A DNA stretch of 64,000 bases from an uncultured Acidimicrobiaceae bacterium. Lineage in GTDB: Bacteria > Actinomycetota > Acidimicrobiia > Acidimicrobiales > Bog-793. The stretch covers positions 12,779-76,778 of the forward strand of contig CAVRYE010000007.1 of NCBI GenBank assembly GCA_963725355.1, in the 5' to 3' direction. The notes beneath the pieces were generated by a model. It was not told the origin of the DNA. It made no database searches and saw nothing but the letters and a program-made list of their open reading frames with translations. How positions within the stretch are numbered: position 1 is the first letter of the stretch; each line of letters opens with the position of its first letter. A program made the position numbers and the translations under genes. Positions 1 to 9,842 of this stretch are shown here, in pieces.

Positions 1-1306
1 CTGCCCCACGCCGCCCGGAGCATCTTCTCCGACCTCAACCCGACGGCGCTTGCCGACGCCATCACCAAGTCGCTCGTCAGCGGTTTTTTTCACTCCCTTT
101 TGGGTTGGGTCTCAGATGGCGCCGCATCGCTCGTCGGTGTGCTCGGCAACGCCCTTTCCTCGAGTACCGCTCCCGTGCTCAGCTCGAGCGCATTCGGTTC
201 GGAGTTCGGCCTCATGGTCATGCTCAGCGGGGCCGTCGCACTGCCACTGGTGGCAGTGGGCGCCATCCAGTCGAATCGCGCGCCAAGAACCCAGCACACT
301 CTTGCGCAGCGTGCTCATACGCCTTCCGTTGGCTCTGTTGTTCACCGGCGTGAGCGTGCAAGTCGTGGCCCTCGGCTTGACCGCAACGGACCAGGCCAGC
401 GCGCTCTTGATCGGAGCCGACGGTGACCCCGCTCATCAGTTGCTGACCGGTCTTGTCTCTGCCCTCAGCCAGCCGGCGGTACTGGGGCTGGCTGCCTTCG
501 CCGAGTTTCTCCTCGTGCTCAGCGCCGGGCTGATCGCCTTCTTGCTCTGGCTGGAACTTGCCGTGCGCGCAGCCGCCATCTCAGCCGCCTCGCTGTTCTT
601 ACCCATCGCGCTAGTAGGCCTCGCCTGGCCAGCTACTGCGCACTGGGCGCGCCGGTTAGGAGAGACGCTTACCGCCCTGGTCCTATCCAAGCTCGTGATC
701 GCGGCGGTACTGGCCCTCGCGGCAGGACTGCTCGTCGGCGGAAGCGGTCTCGCGGCGATCGTCCAGGGCGTCGCTCTTCTCGCTATGGCGGCCTTTGCTC
801 CCTTTGCATTGCTGAAGCTCGTCCCGGTGATCGAGGCGGGAGCGGTCGCACACCTGGAGGGCCTCGGCCGCCGCTCATTGCGAGCCGTTGAGCAGGTGGG
901 CACCGAGGCCTTTGGCCTCGAGGGCGGAGGCGTCGCAGCTCTGGCCGCCCTCGGAGGTGCTATGACGCGCGGTGTCCAGTCCATTTCCGCCTCGAGCGGC
1001 ACTGGCTCTGACGCGGCGACGACAGCGGCTGGAGCCGGGCCCTGGACCGATTCTCGGCCAGCCCCGGGAGCCTCGTCACCTTCTACCTCACCTGCTCTCG
1101 CACCCGCTCCAGCTGGGCCGCAAGCCACCGGCACCTTCCCTCCGACAGAGACTGCTCAGACTGCCACCACAGCCGCGCCGGTGGTCGATGGTCCCGCCGG
1201 CGTGGCTACTGGGCTTTCTTCTCAGCCGGGTGCTTCCCGTCGAAAAGACACCGAGGCGACCATCTTCCGGCCACGCGACGAACAAGGCGGGCAGCACAGT
1301 GGCTGA
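1..1306 (+). pseudogene. TrbL/VirB6-like conjugal-transfer integral membrane protein, 5'-partial at window edge, frame switch near nt 272-275
   Basis: Frame 1 is open from nt 1 and protein-like (LADAITKSLVSGFFHSLLGWVSDGAASLVGVLGN...LPLVAVGAIQS). The sensible sequence then continues in frame 2 (IARQEPSTLLRSVLIRLPLALLFTGVSVQVV..., several TM helices, Pro/Ala/Thr-rich tail) to TGA 1304-1306. Deleting one A in tcgAAtcg (271-277) restores one ORF. Family call from recalled similarity and gene context. Confidence 0.55.
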
Positions 1307-2663
1307 GGCGCTGCCGCGATACCGGCTCGGGCCACGCAGTCGCCGCGGCCTCGTGGCTGGCTGGCGAGGTGGCCAGATCGTTGTCGTGGCGGTAGGCCTC
1401 GGCATAGCTGTGCTCATCTTGCGGTCGGTCGGCGCCAGCGCGGGGGCGTTCCTCGCTTTTGGAGTGGTCGGCGTCTTTGTCGCTTTCGCCGCGTGGCCTG
1501 TGGCCGGTCGCAGCCCCGAGCAGTGGACCCCGGTCGTAGCGAGGTATCTCGTCCGCCGCTTGGGCGTGGGCTTGAAGAGGCGGGACGCGCTGTCTGGTTT
1601 GGAGCTGGCCGACGTCGCTGATGCCGCCTCGGGTCGGCAGATAGGCGTCGTTGTCGACGATGTTGCTCATACCTGGACAGCGGCGATGAGAGTGGGAGGC
1701 TCCGGCTTCGCCCTCGGTGACGAGGTGGAGCGGTCGCGGCGCATCGCGGCCTGGTCGGGAGTGCTTGCCTCCTCGGCGCGCGAAGGAGGGGCACTGCACC
1801 GCTTGCAATGGGTTGTTCGATGCCTACCCGGTGGCCTCGAGGGCTTGTGTTCCGGCGGGCTCAGCGACCGAGGAATCGCCGCTCGTAGCTACGAGGCATT
1901 GCTCGAGCGGGCGGCACCGGTGTTGTGGCGCCACGACGTTCTCGTCGCCCTGTCGGTTCGGGCCGAAGCAGCCCCAGGTGGGCGGCGCAGTGCCGAGGCA
2001 TCACGACGGATCATCGACGAGGTGAACGCGTTAGAGCGGCGCTGCCTAGCCGCCGGCCTCGATGTCGAGACGATCCTGTCGCGCCCCGAGCTTGCAGCGG
2101 CGATCCGGGACACCGCCACGGTCTCACCCGGAGAACCTGCGGGCGAGTCGCGGCCCTTCCCCCTCGAGATAGAGGAAGGTTGGGCGACGATCCGCACCGA
2201 TGCCAGTTGGCATGCCGTCTATTGGGTGGCCGACTGGCCCCGCAGCTCGGTCGGCACCGGCTTTTTGTTGCCGCTCATGTTGGAGGGCGGCTTGCGCCGC
2301 ACCATCGCCGTGACGATGGCGCCTGTGGCTCCCCTAAGGGCGGTCCGGCGTGCGGAGCACGACCGGACCTCGGGCGTAGCCGACGCAGAGCTGCGGCGCC
2401 GCCACGGCTTCGCCGTTACCGCCCGGGCGCGCAACGAGCATGAGGCGTCGACGCGCAGGGAGAACGAGTTGGCCGAGGGCCACGGCGCCTTCCGTTTCAC
2501 CGGCTACCTCTCGGTGAGCGCGGGCGACGAGGCGGGACTCGAACCCGCCTGCGCCCGCCTCGAACAGATCGCCGCTCAGTCCCAGCTCGAGCTCCACCGC
2601 ATGTACGGCGCCCAGCAGGACGGTTACAGCCGCGTCCTTCCCACCGGGCGCGGCTGCGCATGA
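1299..2663 (+). CDS. SCO6880-family protein (actinobacterial T4SS-like locus component)
   Basis: GTG 1299 overlaps the upstream stop by 8 nt. N-terminus is PRYRLGPRSRRGL followed by a TM hairpin (IVVVAVGLGIAVLIL...GVVGVFVAFAAW), then a ~400 aa soluble part. The stop overlaps the next start (ATGA 2660-2663). Position just upstream of the VirB4-like ATPase fits this family. Confidence 0.7.
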   Translation: MAEALPRYRLGPRSRRGLVAGWRGGQIVVVAVGLGIAVLILRSVGASAGAFLAFGVVGVFVAFAAWPVAGRSPEQWTPVVARYLVRRLGVGLKRRDALSGLELADVADAASGRQIGVVVDDVAHTWTAAMRVGGSGFALGDEVERSRRIAAWSGVLASSAREGGALHRLQWVVRCLPGGLEGLCSGGLSDRGIAARSYEALLERAAPVLWRHDVLVALSVRAEAAPGGRRSAEASRRIIDEVNALERRCLAAGLDVETILSRPELAAAIRDTATVSPGEPAGESRPFPLEIEEGWATIRTDASWHAVYWVADWPRSSVGTGFLLPLMLEGGLRRTIAVTMAPVAPLRAVRRAEHDRTSGVADAELRRRHGFAVTARARNEHEASTRRENELAEGHGAFRFTGYLSVSAGDEAGLEPACARLEQIAAQSQLELHRMYGAQQDGYSRVLPTGRGCA

Positions 2664-3911
2664 GACTCGCCAGCCATGAGTCGACGACGGCCCAGCTCGG
2701 CGTCGCCTATCCCTTCGCAGCCTCCTCTCGGCTGCCCGTGAACAAGGTGCTCATAGGCCAGGACCTTGTGGGTGGCCCGTTCTCCCATGACCCGTTCGAG
2801 CTCTATGCGACTGGCTCGGTGACCAACCCGAACGTCACCGTGCTCGGCCAGATCGGGAGGGGCAAGAGCGCCCTCGTCAAGACCTACCTCTTGCGTCAGG
2901 CAGCCTTCGGGCGCCAGATAGCGGTGCTCGACCCGAAGGGGGAGTACGGCGCACTCGCCCGTGCACTCGGCACGAGGCCAATAAGCCTCGCCCCCGGCGG
3001 CGCCGTGCGCGTGAATCCCCTTGACGATCCGGCTCCCGAGAACGATTCGACGGCGGCGAGGCACCGTCTTGTCCTGCTCGGGACGTTGTCGGCCGCGTGC
3101 CTTCGCCGTGCGCTCTCACCAAGAGAGCACACGGCCCTGGAGCTGGCACTCGGAGCAGCCACGCGTGCCCAGCTTGATGGCGGCGGGGTCCAACCGACGC
3201 TTCCTGATGTCGTCCGGAGGCTGCTCCACCCATTGGCAGAGTCGGCGAGGACGGTGGGCACGACAAAGGCGGCCCTCGAACAAGACGGGCGGGACCTCGG
3301 CCTCGAACTCCGCCGCCTCGTCGAGGGCGACCTGGCCGGGATGTTCGACGGACCCACTACAGCTGGGATCGATCCCGGCTCGGGAGTGCTCGTCGTCGAC
3401 CTTTCCGCCGTCTACCACTCCGAGGCCCTCGGCGCCCTCATGGTTTGCGCCTCGGCCTGGCTGCAGGCCATGACTGCACGCACACAGGCCCAGACGATCC
3501 TGGTTGTAGACGAGGCCTGGGCGGTGCTCACCGAGCTGGCCGTGGCGCGCTATCTCCGCTCTTCGTGGAAGCTCGCCCGGGCGAACGGGCTGGCCAACAT
3601 CGCCGTCTGCCACCGGGCCTCCGACCTCGGATCCAGCGGTTCGGCCGGCAGCGAGCAGAATCGGCTCGCCGAGGGTCTGCTCGCCGACTCCGAGACAGTG
3701 GTCTGCTATGCCCAGCCAGCCTCGGAGCTCCCGGCGCTGGCCGACCTGCTCGGCTGCAGCCGGGAGGAGCTGGAAGTACTCCCCAGGCTGCGCAGGTGTT
3801 GCGCTCTGGGTTGTCGGCAGGCGTCGCTTCCTCGTCGAACACCTGCTTGGTCCCGACGAGCTCGCTCTCGTGGACACCGACGCCAGGCTTCGTCCTCGGC
3901 CGGGGTCGTGA
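2660..3911 (+). pseudogene. VirB4/TraC-like conjugation ATPase, frame switch near 3791-3798
   Basis: Walker A GQIGRGKSALVKT and Walker B ILVVDEAW. After ...REELEVLPRLR the annotated frame becomes Cys/Arg-rich junk. The +1 frame reads GVALWVVGRRRFLVEHLLGPDELALVDTDARL and stops at 3909-3911. Confidence 0.75.
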
Positions 3912-3936
3912 GTGCTCCTGGTGAGCGACGGCTCGT

Positions 3937-5769
3937 TTGAGCCGGGCGCCTTCAGCTCGCCACCGCGGGCATGCTTCCCGCCGCCCGCCCGAGGCCTCGC
4001 TAGCTCACAGGCTGGGGCACGATCGGGACCTCGTGGCGATCGTCGCCATCGGCGTCTGGATCTTGTTGTCGATGCTCGTCTGGGTCGCCGGCGGTCTTCT
4101 CGAGCTCTTGTCCAAGGGCCGCTGGCGCGAGGTGCCTGTCGGCGAGGCGCCCCTCCTTCTCGGGCGCCTGCTCGTCCACCCGAGCGCTCCTGATCGGGCC
4201 TGGCCCGGTGCCGTGGGTCGGAGCCTTCCTCCACCGGTGCTCGCAGACAGTTTCCTCGTCTTTGTCGGCTTGCTCGGTCTTCTTGCAGCTCTGGTGGGCA
4301 CAAGGTGGCTGCGCACCAGAGTTTCCGGGCGACCAGCCCCGCCCGGGGCTGTCCGGGGGCGGCTATCGGGTACCCCTCGGCGAGCAGCCGCCGGCCGGCG
4401 AGGTCAAGGGCCTGCCAGGCGGCCGTTGCCGAGGGCACCGGGCTGGGCGCAACCTCGTGACCTGAGACCGCTCCGGGTGCCAAGAGCGACAGGTGACAGG
4501 ATCGTCCTCGGGAGGCACTCCGGACGACTCTTGGCGGCCGAGCCCAGGCACTCTGTCATGGTCGTGGGGCCTACGCAGTCCGGCAAGACGAGCGGCCTTG
4601 CCATTCCGGCGATCTTGGAGTGGACCGGGCCGCTTCTCGCCACGAGCGTAAAGGCCGACTTGTTGCACGAGACGGTTGCCTGGCGGCGCTCGCTTGGCGA
4701 GGTGCAGCACTACGACCCGACCGGCGCCGTCGGCCTCGCCGGGGGGGAAGGTCCGTCAGGGTGGTCGCCGCTCGCGAGAGCCGCCACCTGGCCTGGGGCG
4801 AGACGCATCGCCTCCGCGCTGTGCTCTGTGGCCAGGGCCGGTGACGGCGGGATGGAGGACGCCGGGTTCTGGTACGCAAGCGCCGAGAAGCTGCTCGCTC
4901 CGCTCCTGTTCGCGGCCGCCACCGTCGGCGCCTCGATGTCGGAGGTCGTCCGTTGGTTGGACGAGGAGGAGACGACCGAGGTCCTTCTCGCCCTCGAGCT
5001 TGCGGCCGTGCCCGAGGCGTTGCGGGCCGCCCGGGCGTGCATGGGCCGTGAGGAGCGTCAGCGCGCCTCTGTCTACGCGACAGCTGAGACGGTCGTGGCG
5101 GCTTTCGCAGACCCGGCGGTGGCCGCTTCGGCGAGCCGGTGCGACATCGACCCTGCCGCGCTCGTCTCAGGTAGCGCCGGCTCGCTCTACTGTTGTGCGC
5201 CCGCCCGCGACCAGGAGCGCCTCGCACCTGTGTTCACGGCCATCGTGCGCGAAGTGCTCGACGCCGCCTTCGAGCGGGCCGCCGCCCGTGGGCGTCCGCT
5301 CGATCCGCCCCTCCTCGTCGTGCTCGACGAGGCGGCGAGCGTGGCCCCTCTCGCCGACCTAGACCGCGTCGTGGCCACGGCTGCCGGTCACGGGGTTCAG
5401 CTCCTCACGGTCTGGCAGGACCTCGCTCAGCTCGAGGCCCGTTATGCCAGTCGATGGGCGACGGTCGTGAACAACCACAGGGCGAAGATCGTCTGCTCTG
5501 GTGTGGCTGACCCGGTCACCCTCCAGCACGTGAGCGGGCTGCTCGGCGACGAGGAGATGGCCGAACGCTCCTTCACCTTCGGTGACGACGGGCGCCACAC
5601 CCGCACCGAAGCCGTCACGACCAAGTCCCTCGCCCCGCCTGGCTGGCTGCGCCAGCTTCCTCCCGGCGAAGCAGTCCTCGTCTATGGGAGCTTTCCGCCC
5701 GCGCGGATTGCGTTGCGCCCGTTCTTCGCCGATCCGCTACTGGCCAAACGAGCAGCCGGTGAGCCCTAG
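3937..5769 (+). CDS. Type IV coupling protein (VirD4/TraD/TraG-like, TraM-recognition-domain type)
   Basis: N-terminal TM helices, Walker A VVGPTQSGKTSG, Walker B LLVVLDEAA, and an ARPRDLRPL-type motif (GWAQPRDLRPLRV). The TTG start at 3937 is uncertain. Stop TAG is at 5767-5769. Confidence 0.8.
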   Translation: MSRAPSARHRGHASRRPPEASLAHRLGHDRDLVAIVAIGVWILLSMLVWVAGGLLELLSKGRWREVPVGEAPLLLGRLLVHPSAPDRAWPGAVGRSLPPPVLADSFLVFVGLLGLLAALVGTRWLRTRVSGRPAPPGAVRGRLSGTPRRAAAGRRGQGPARRPLPRAPGWAQPRDLRPLRVPRATGDRIVLGRHSGRLLAAEPRHSVMVVGPTQSGKTSGLAIPAILEWTGPLLATSVKADLLHETVAWRRSLGEVQHYDPTGAVGLAGGEGPSGWSPLARAATWPGARRIASALCSVARAGDGGMEDAGFWYASAEKLLAPLLFAAATVGASMSEVVRWLDEEETTEVLLALELAAVPEALRAARACMGREERQRASVYATAETVVAAFADPAVAASASRCDIDPAALVSGSAGSLYCCAPARDQERLAPVFTAIVREVLDAAFERAAARGRPLDPPLLVVLDEAASVAPLADLDRVVATAAGHGVQLLTVWQDLAQLEARYASRWATVVNNHRAKIVCSGVADPVTLQHVSGLLGDEEMAERSFTFGDDGRHTRTEAVTTKSLAPPGWLRQLPPGEAVLVYGSFPPARIALRPFFADPLLAKRAAGEP

Positions 5770-6530
5770 GGAACTAGCCCCAATCGGCTCGGGACGCGCC
5801 GGGCGAGGTTGACGGCGTGATCGCCGAGGCGCTCGTAAAAGCGCCCGACCAGCGCCAGTTCGATCGCCACCTCGACCGGAATGCCGGCGGCGACGAGCTC
5901 GGCGATGAAGGTCACGTGCAGGTCGTCCATCTCGTCGTCGAGCGACTCGAGGCGCTCGGTCGCCCCGGGCGAGTCGCCACCGTAGGCGTCGCCCGCGATG
6001 TGCCACATGGCGCAGGCGACCTCTCCCATGCGCTGTACGTAACCTCGCAGGCGGGCGGGCATCTCTGCGGGGAGGTTGCGCGTCGCCCGCCGGGCGACGT
6101 GCTCGGCGAGGTCCCCGCTTCGCTCGAGCTCGGGCAGCATGCCGAGCACGGCGAGCAGGTACTGGGTCTCAGCAGGGTCGGTGGGCCGATTGAGCAGGCG
6201 CCCCTGAACCGAAGACTCGACAGCCTGGTAGAGATCGTCGATGTCCGCGTCGGCGGCCACGAGGTTTCGCGCCGCCTCACGATCGGCGCTGACAAGGGCG
6301 TGGGTAGCCCCCGCGACGGCGTTCTCGACCAGAGCAAAGAGCTGGATCACATGGCGGTCCACCAGCTCCAAGTCGAGCGAGCAGTCGGCCTCACGGCGCT
6401 CGCCGTCTCGGCCGGCAGGATGTGTCTCAAAGGCGCTTTCGACGCTCTGGGGCCCTAACGCGGCGTTGCTCGAGTGGCCCTGGTCATTGCCGCGCACCGT
6501 GCCATCGTCAGGAAGCACGCGTTGAGCCAT
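5766..6530 (-). CDS. phoU: PhoU-family phosphate signalling protein
   Basis: Two PhoU repeats (ADIDDLYQAV..., DDEMDDLHVTFIAELV..., FYERLGDHAVNLARR). It has a ~40 aa N-terminal extension. It is convergent with the coupling protein, and the two stop codons share CTAG at 5766-5769. Confidence 0.85.
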   Translation of the reverse strand: MAQRVLPDDGTVRGNDQGHSSNAALGPQSVESAFETHPAGRDGERREADCSLDLELVDRHVIQLFALVENAVAGATHALVSADREAARNLVAADADIDDLYQAVESSVQGRLLNRPTDPAETQYLLAVLGMLPELERSGDLAEHVARRATRNLPAEMPARLRGYVQRMGEVACAMWHIAGDAYGGDSPGATERLESLDDEMDDLHVTFIAELVAAGIPVEVAIELALVGRFYERLGDHAVNLARRVPSRLGLVP

Positions 6531-7011
6531 AAAAGCACCGTACCCTTCTCTTACCCGCGCCCACCGTCAGTTTCTTGCCAATTCCGGCCACGCACGAATC
6601 TTTCATTCTCGCGCGGTGTTCTAGACACCTGAAATTTGTCGTCAGTTAACCCTGGTCGCCTACCGTCGACGGCAGTGGAGCCGCGAGATGTGATGACTTT
6701 TCTCAGCGATCGTCGCCCGTTTCTCGTGGACTCCGCTCGCACCGGCCCTGGCCCGGGATCGGGCGTTCTCACCCCCCTCGCCCTCGCAACCGCCCTTGAC
6801 GCGCGGCGCCCCCAGGCCGCGTGTCGCTACCCCAACATGTGCGGCGCCCGGTATGCCGGCCGGGCAGTCAGCTGGAGCGAGTCAGCAGAGGACGTACCGC
6901 CCTGGGACGCGGCTTGAAGGTGTCGGTGGCCGAACGGACGGTCTCTGAGAGATCAGCCCTCCTCTTCTCCCGGAGCGTCCGCCGGCCGCCGAGGACCGGT
7001 CGTCGGCGGCC

Positions 7012-9210
7012 TCAGTAGGCCAAGAGCAGCCTGGCGGCGGCGACAATTCCTTCGGTCTGAGGCAGGATCGCCCTTTCTAAAGTGGGCTCGTAGGCGACGA
7101 AGGTATCGGTGGCACCGACTCTAGATACTGGTGCGTCGAGGTCGGCGAAGCACTCCTGGCCCGCCCATGCGGCCACCTCGGCCCCGAAGCCGCTCGTGAG
7201 CATGTCCTCGTGCACGACGAGCAGGCGCGAGGTGCGGGCAACCGATGCCGCCACAGCCTCTTTGTCCCAGGGCATCAGGCAGCGTAGGTCAATCACCTCG
7301 ACGCTTTGTCCCTCGGCCTCGAGCTGCTCGGCAGCCTCTAGCGACTTGTGCACGGTGGCACCCCAGGTGACGATCGTTAGTTCGTTGCCGTGTCGGACCG
7401 TCGCTGCCCTACCGAGTGGGATCAAGTAGTCGGGTGGAGTAACCGGGTCCCGGGCGTACTTCTGTCGCAAGAGGTGCTTGTGCTCGAGGAACAGCACTGG
7501 GTCATCACAGGCAAATGCGGTCCGCAAGAGCCCGGCCGCGTCGCTCGAACGCGACGGCATGACGACGATGAGGCCCGGAATGTGGGTGAATATCGACTCG
7601 CCGCATTGTGAGTGCCAGATCGCCCCGCCGGTCAGGTAGCCGCCGATCGCGACCCGGATGACGAGAGGGACCGTGAAGCGGCCTTCCGAACGCCACCTCA
7701 TCGTCGCTGCCTCCGAGCGGATCTGCATCATGGCAGGCCAGATGTAGTCGAAGAACTGGATCTCGGCGCAGGGGCGCAACCCTCTTATCGCCTGGCCGAC
7801 GCCGCGCCCGACGATGTTGGCCTCCGCGAGCGGGGCGTTGTAACAGCGGGCGATCCCGAACTCGCGCTGCAGCCCACGCGTGGTGCCGAAGACGCCCCCC
7901 TTCCCCTCCACCTGGGCGATGATGTCCTCGCTGGCGTCCGCGACGTCCTCTCCGAAGACCCGGATCCGCTCGTCCGCCTTCATCTGCTCGAAGAGCACTT
8001 GGCGTATCGCCTCGCCCATCGCGAGCGGTCCCGCCTCGTCGTCACCGGAGAGCGCCGGTGGCGCCACCAACCTCGGCTCGGCGATCACCGGTAGCGCGAG
8101 CACATGGTCGGTCACCCTGGTTGGGTCGGGCCTGGCTGCTGTCAAGACCTCTTGGCCGATCTCGGCCACCATGATGCGGACCGCCTCGCGAATCTGCGCT
8201 GCCTGGGTGGCGGTCATGACGCCCCCTTCGGTCAGCTCGCGCTCGAGCCGGAGGATGGGGTCTCGGGTGGCTTCCTCCTCGATCTCGTTCATGGACCGGT
8301 ACTTGGACTGGGTGTCCTGGGAGGAGTGCGAGTAGGGCCGCGTCACCGTAGCGTGGATCAAGCAGGGGCCTTCGCCGGCACGCACGCGGGCTGTGGCTTC
8401 GGCTGCGAGCGACCTGCAGGCGAAGTAGTCGGTCCCGTCGACCTTGTATATGGACAAGCCGCGGTAGCCGGAGACGAGCTCTGAGATGGGTGCCGGAGCC
8501 TGGTCCGAGGCGCGTACCGAGATCGCCCACCCGTTGTCCTCCACGAGGTACACGACAGGCAGGTGCAATCTGCAGGCGGTGTTGAGGCTCTCCCAGAACT
8601 CACCTTCTGAAGTCGCACCTTCGCCGAGCGAGACGTAGGTCACCTCGTCGCCATGGCCAACGCAGCCCTTGAGGTCGCGGCGGGCGATGTAGAGGGCAGC
8701 CTCGGCGCAGCCGACCGCGGGAAGGCATTGGCTTCCGGTACAGCTCGACTGCGAGACGATGTTGAGCGCCTTGCTGCCCCAGTGCGCCGGCATCTGGCGA
8801 CCCCCCGAGCTCACGTCGTCGGACGAGCCCACCGCTTGGAGAAGGATGTCCCGGGGCGTAACTCCGAGGCCGAGCACGAGAGCCTGGTCCCTGTAATAGG
8901 GGAAGAACCAGTCGTAGCCAGGGCGCAGTGAGCGGGCCATGGCGAGGAGCAAAGCCTCGTGGCCGGCGCCTGCGATCTCGAAGTGAACTCGGCTCTGGCG
9001 CTGCAGGGTGATCTCCCTGTCATCGAGGGCACGCGACGTGCAAGCGAGCTTGTAGTCCTCGACGAGCTCGGCGGAGTCGAAACCTCGGTACTTTGCAGGT
9101 GGGCCGTTCTGGGAGCCAGTTATCACCTTCGCCCGGGTTTCGAGACCTGCCCTGCTCTTATCGGAGGAAGCAACGGGAGTAGGAAAAGCCGTGCGTGTCG
9201 ACTTGGTCAA
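7012..9210 (-). CDS. Thiamine-diphosphate-dependent 2-oxoacid dehydrogenase E1 component, fused alpha/beta subunits
   Basis: Alpha part: GAGHEALLLAM, YYRDQA, SLGEGATSEGEFWESLN, VEDNGWAIS. Beta part: RVFGEDV..GGVFGTTRGLQ, NAPLAEANIVG, DLRCLMPWD. TTG 9210 is the likely start; the upstream part of the 9384 ORF is not protein-like. Confidence 0.8.
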   Translation of the reverse strand: MTKSTRTAFPTPVASSDKSRAGLETRAKVITGSQNGPPAKYRGFDSAELVEDYKLACTSRALDDREITLQRQSRVHFEIAGAGHEALLLAMARSLRPGYDWFFPYYRDQALVLGLGVTPRDILLQAVGSSDDVSSGGRQMPAHWGSKALNIVSQSSCTGSQCLPAVGCAEAALYIARRDLKGCVGHGDEVTYVSLGEGATSEGEFWESLNTACRLHLPVVYLVEDNGWAISVRASDQAPAPISELVSGYRGLSIYKVDGTDYFACRSLAAEATARVRAGEGPCLIHATVTRPYSHSSQDTQSKYRSMNEIEEEATRDPILRLERELTEGGVMTATQAAQIREAVRIMVAEIGQEVLTAARPDPTRVTDHVLALPVIAEPRLVAPPALSGDDEAGPLAMGEAIRQVLFEQMKADERIRVFGEDVADASEDIIAQVEGKGGVFGTTRGLQREFGIARCYNAPLAEANIVGRGVGQAIRGLRPCAEIQFFDYIWPAMMQIRSEAATMRWRSEGRFTVPLVIRVAIGGYLTGGAIWHSQCGESIFTHIPGLIVVMPSRSSDAAGLLRTAFACDDPVLFLEHKHLLRQKYARDPVTPPDYLIPLGRAATVRHGNELTIVTWGATVHKSLEAAEQLEAEGQSVEVIDLRCLMPWDKEAVAASVARTSRLLVVHEDMLTSGFGAEVAAWAGQECFADLDAPVSRVGATDTFVAYEPTLERAILPQTEGIVAAARLLLAY

Positions 9211-9609
9211 CTTGGAATCACCCCCCTGCGGCCGATGTCCACACGATAGGGGACCGGACCAAGTACCGGGCCGTTCCTTTTCCTTGCGCCCAACCGGCCA
9301 GGCGGGCCTGGCCCTCGCCTCGATGCCGGATGCGACCGGGCGTGAGCACTGGCCATAGGCCATGCCCGAGACCGCCACGGGCACATCGAGCCGGTACCGG
9401 GCCTCCGCGGCGGCGGCGGCGCTTAGGAGGGCACTCTCGAGCCCGGCGGAAAATAGGCTCGGCCCCCCGAACTGGAGATGATAGGCCCAGGTCCAGGGCA
9501 GTTTTAATCTGGCTTGGCATCCTGAAACGTAGAACCGTTTGAATGCCCGGCTGCACGGAGCCGTCGGGTTGCGTCTAACCTGGTCTCAAATCTTCGGAAA
9601 GGAAGGCAG

Positions 9610-9822
9610 GTGATCACCGGGATGCTTGCCGAAATTCTTGGTGCCGACGGCCTGATCGTTATTGCCGTTGTCGTGATCGTGCTCCTCTTCGGGGGGACAC
9701 GCCTGCCAAAGCTCGCCCGCGGGCTCGGCAGCGCTTCTCACGAGTTCAAGAAGGGCATGGAGGAAGGCGACCCCAACAAGGGTGACGAGACAGCTTCCAC
9801 AGGCGACGTCCACCCAAACTGA
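9610..9822 (+). CDS. tatA: Twin-arginine translocase TatA/TatE family subunit
   Basis: 70 aa with a single TM helix followed by an amphipathic segment (LIVIAVVVIVLLFGGTRLPKLARGLGSASHEFKKGM). An AAGGAAGG Shine-Dalgarno sequence lies upstream of GTG 9610. Confidence 0.85.
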   Translation: MITGMLAEILGADGLIVIAVVVIVLLFGGTRLPKLARGLGSASHEFKKGMEEGDPNKGDETASTGDVHPN

Positions 9823-9842
9823 GTCGCTCTTAGGTTCGGCCT

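Noticed and set aside
3116-4483. Long antisense or off-frame ORFs in the track. Examples: 3116..4483(-), 436..1134(-), 11478..13064(-), 15551..17776(-) beyond the lnt part, 16924..18435(+), 26476..27930(-), 53409..54461(-), 4571..5227(-).
   Set aside because: The translations are Arg/Pro/Gly/Ala-rich with no motifs. They fully overlap genes with clear family signatures on the other strand or frame. These are typical shadow ORFs of high-GC DNA.
6636-6917. 93-aa ORF in the phoU-E1 spacer
   Set aside because: It has no motif, no Shine-Dalgarno sequence and an unremarkable composition. It cannot be distinguished from a chance ORF. No convincing PHO-box-like direct repeats were found in this spacer either.
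9500-9530. TGGCAT motif (ctggcttggcatcctgaaacg) as a sigma-54 promoter upstream of tatA
   Set aside because: The -12 element TTGC is missing, and sigma-54 is not expected in Actinomycetota.
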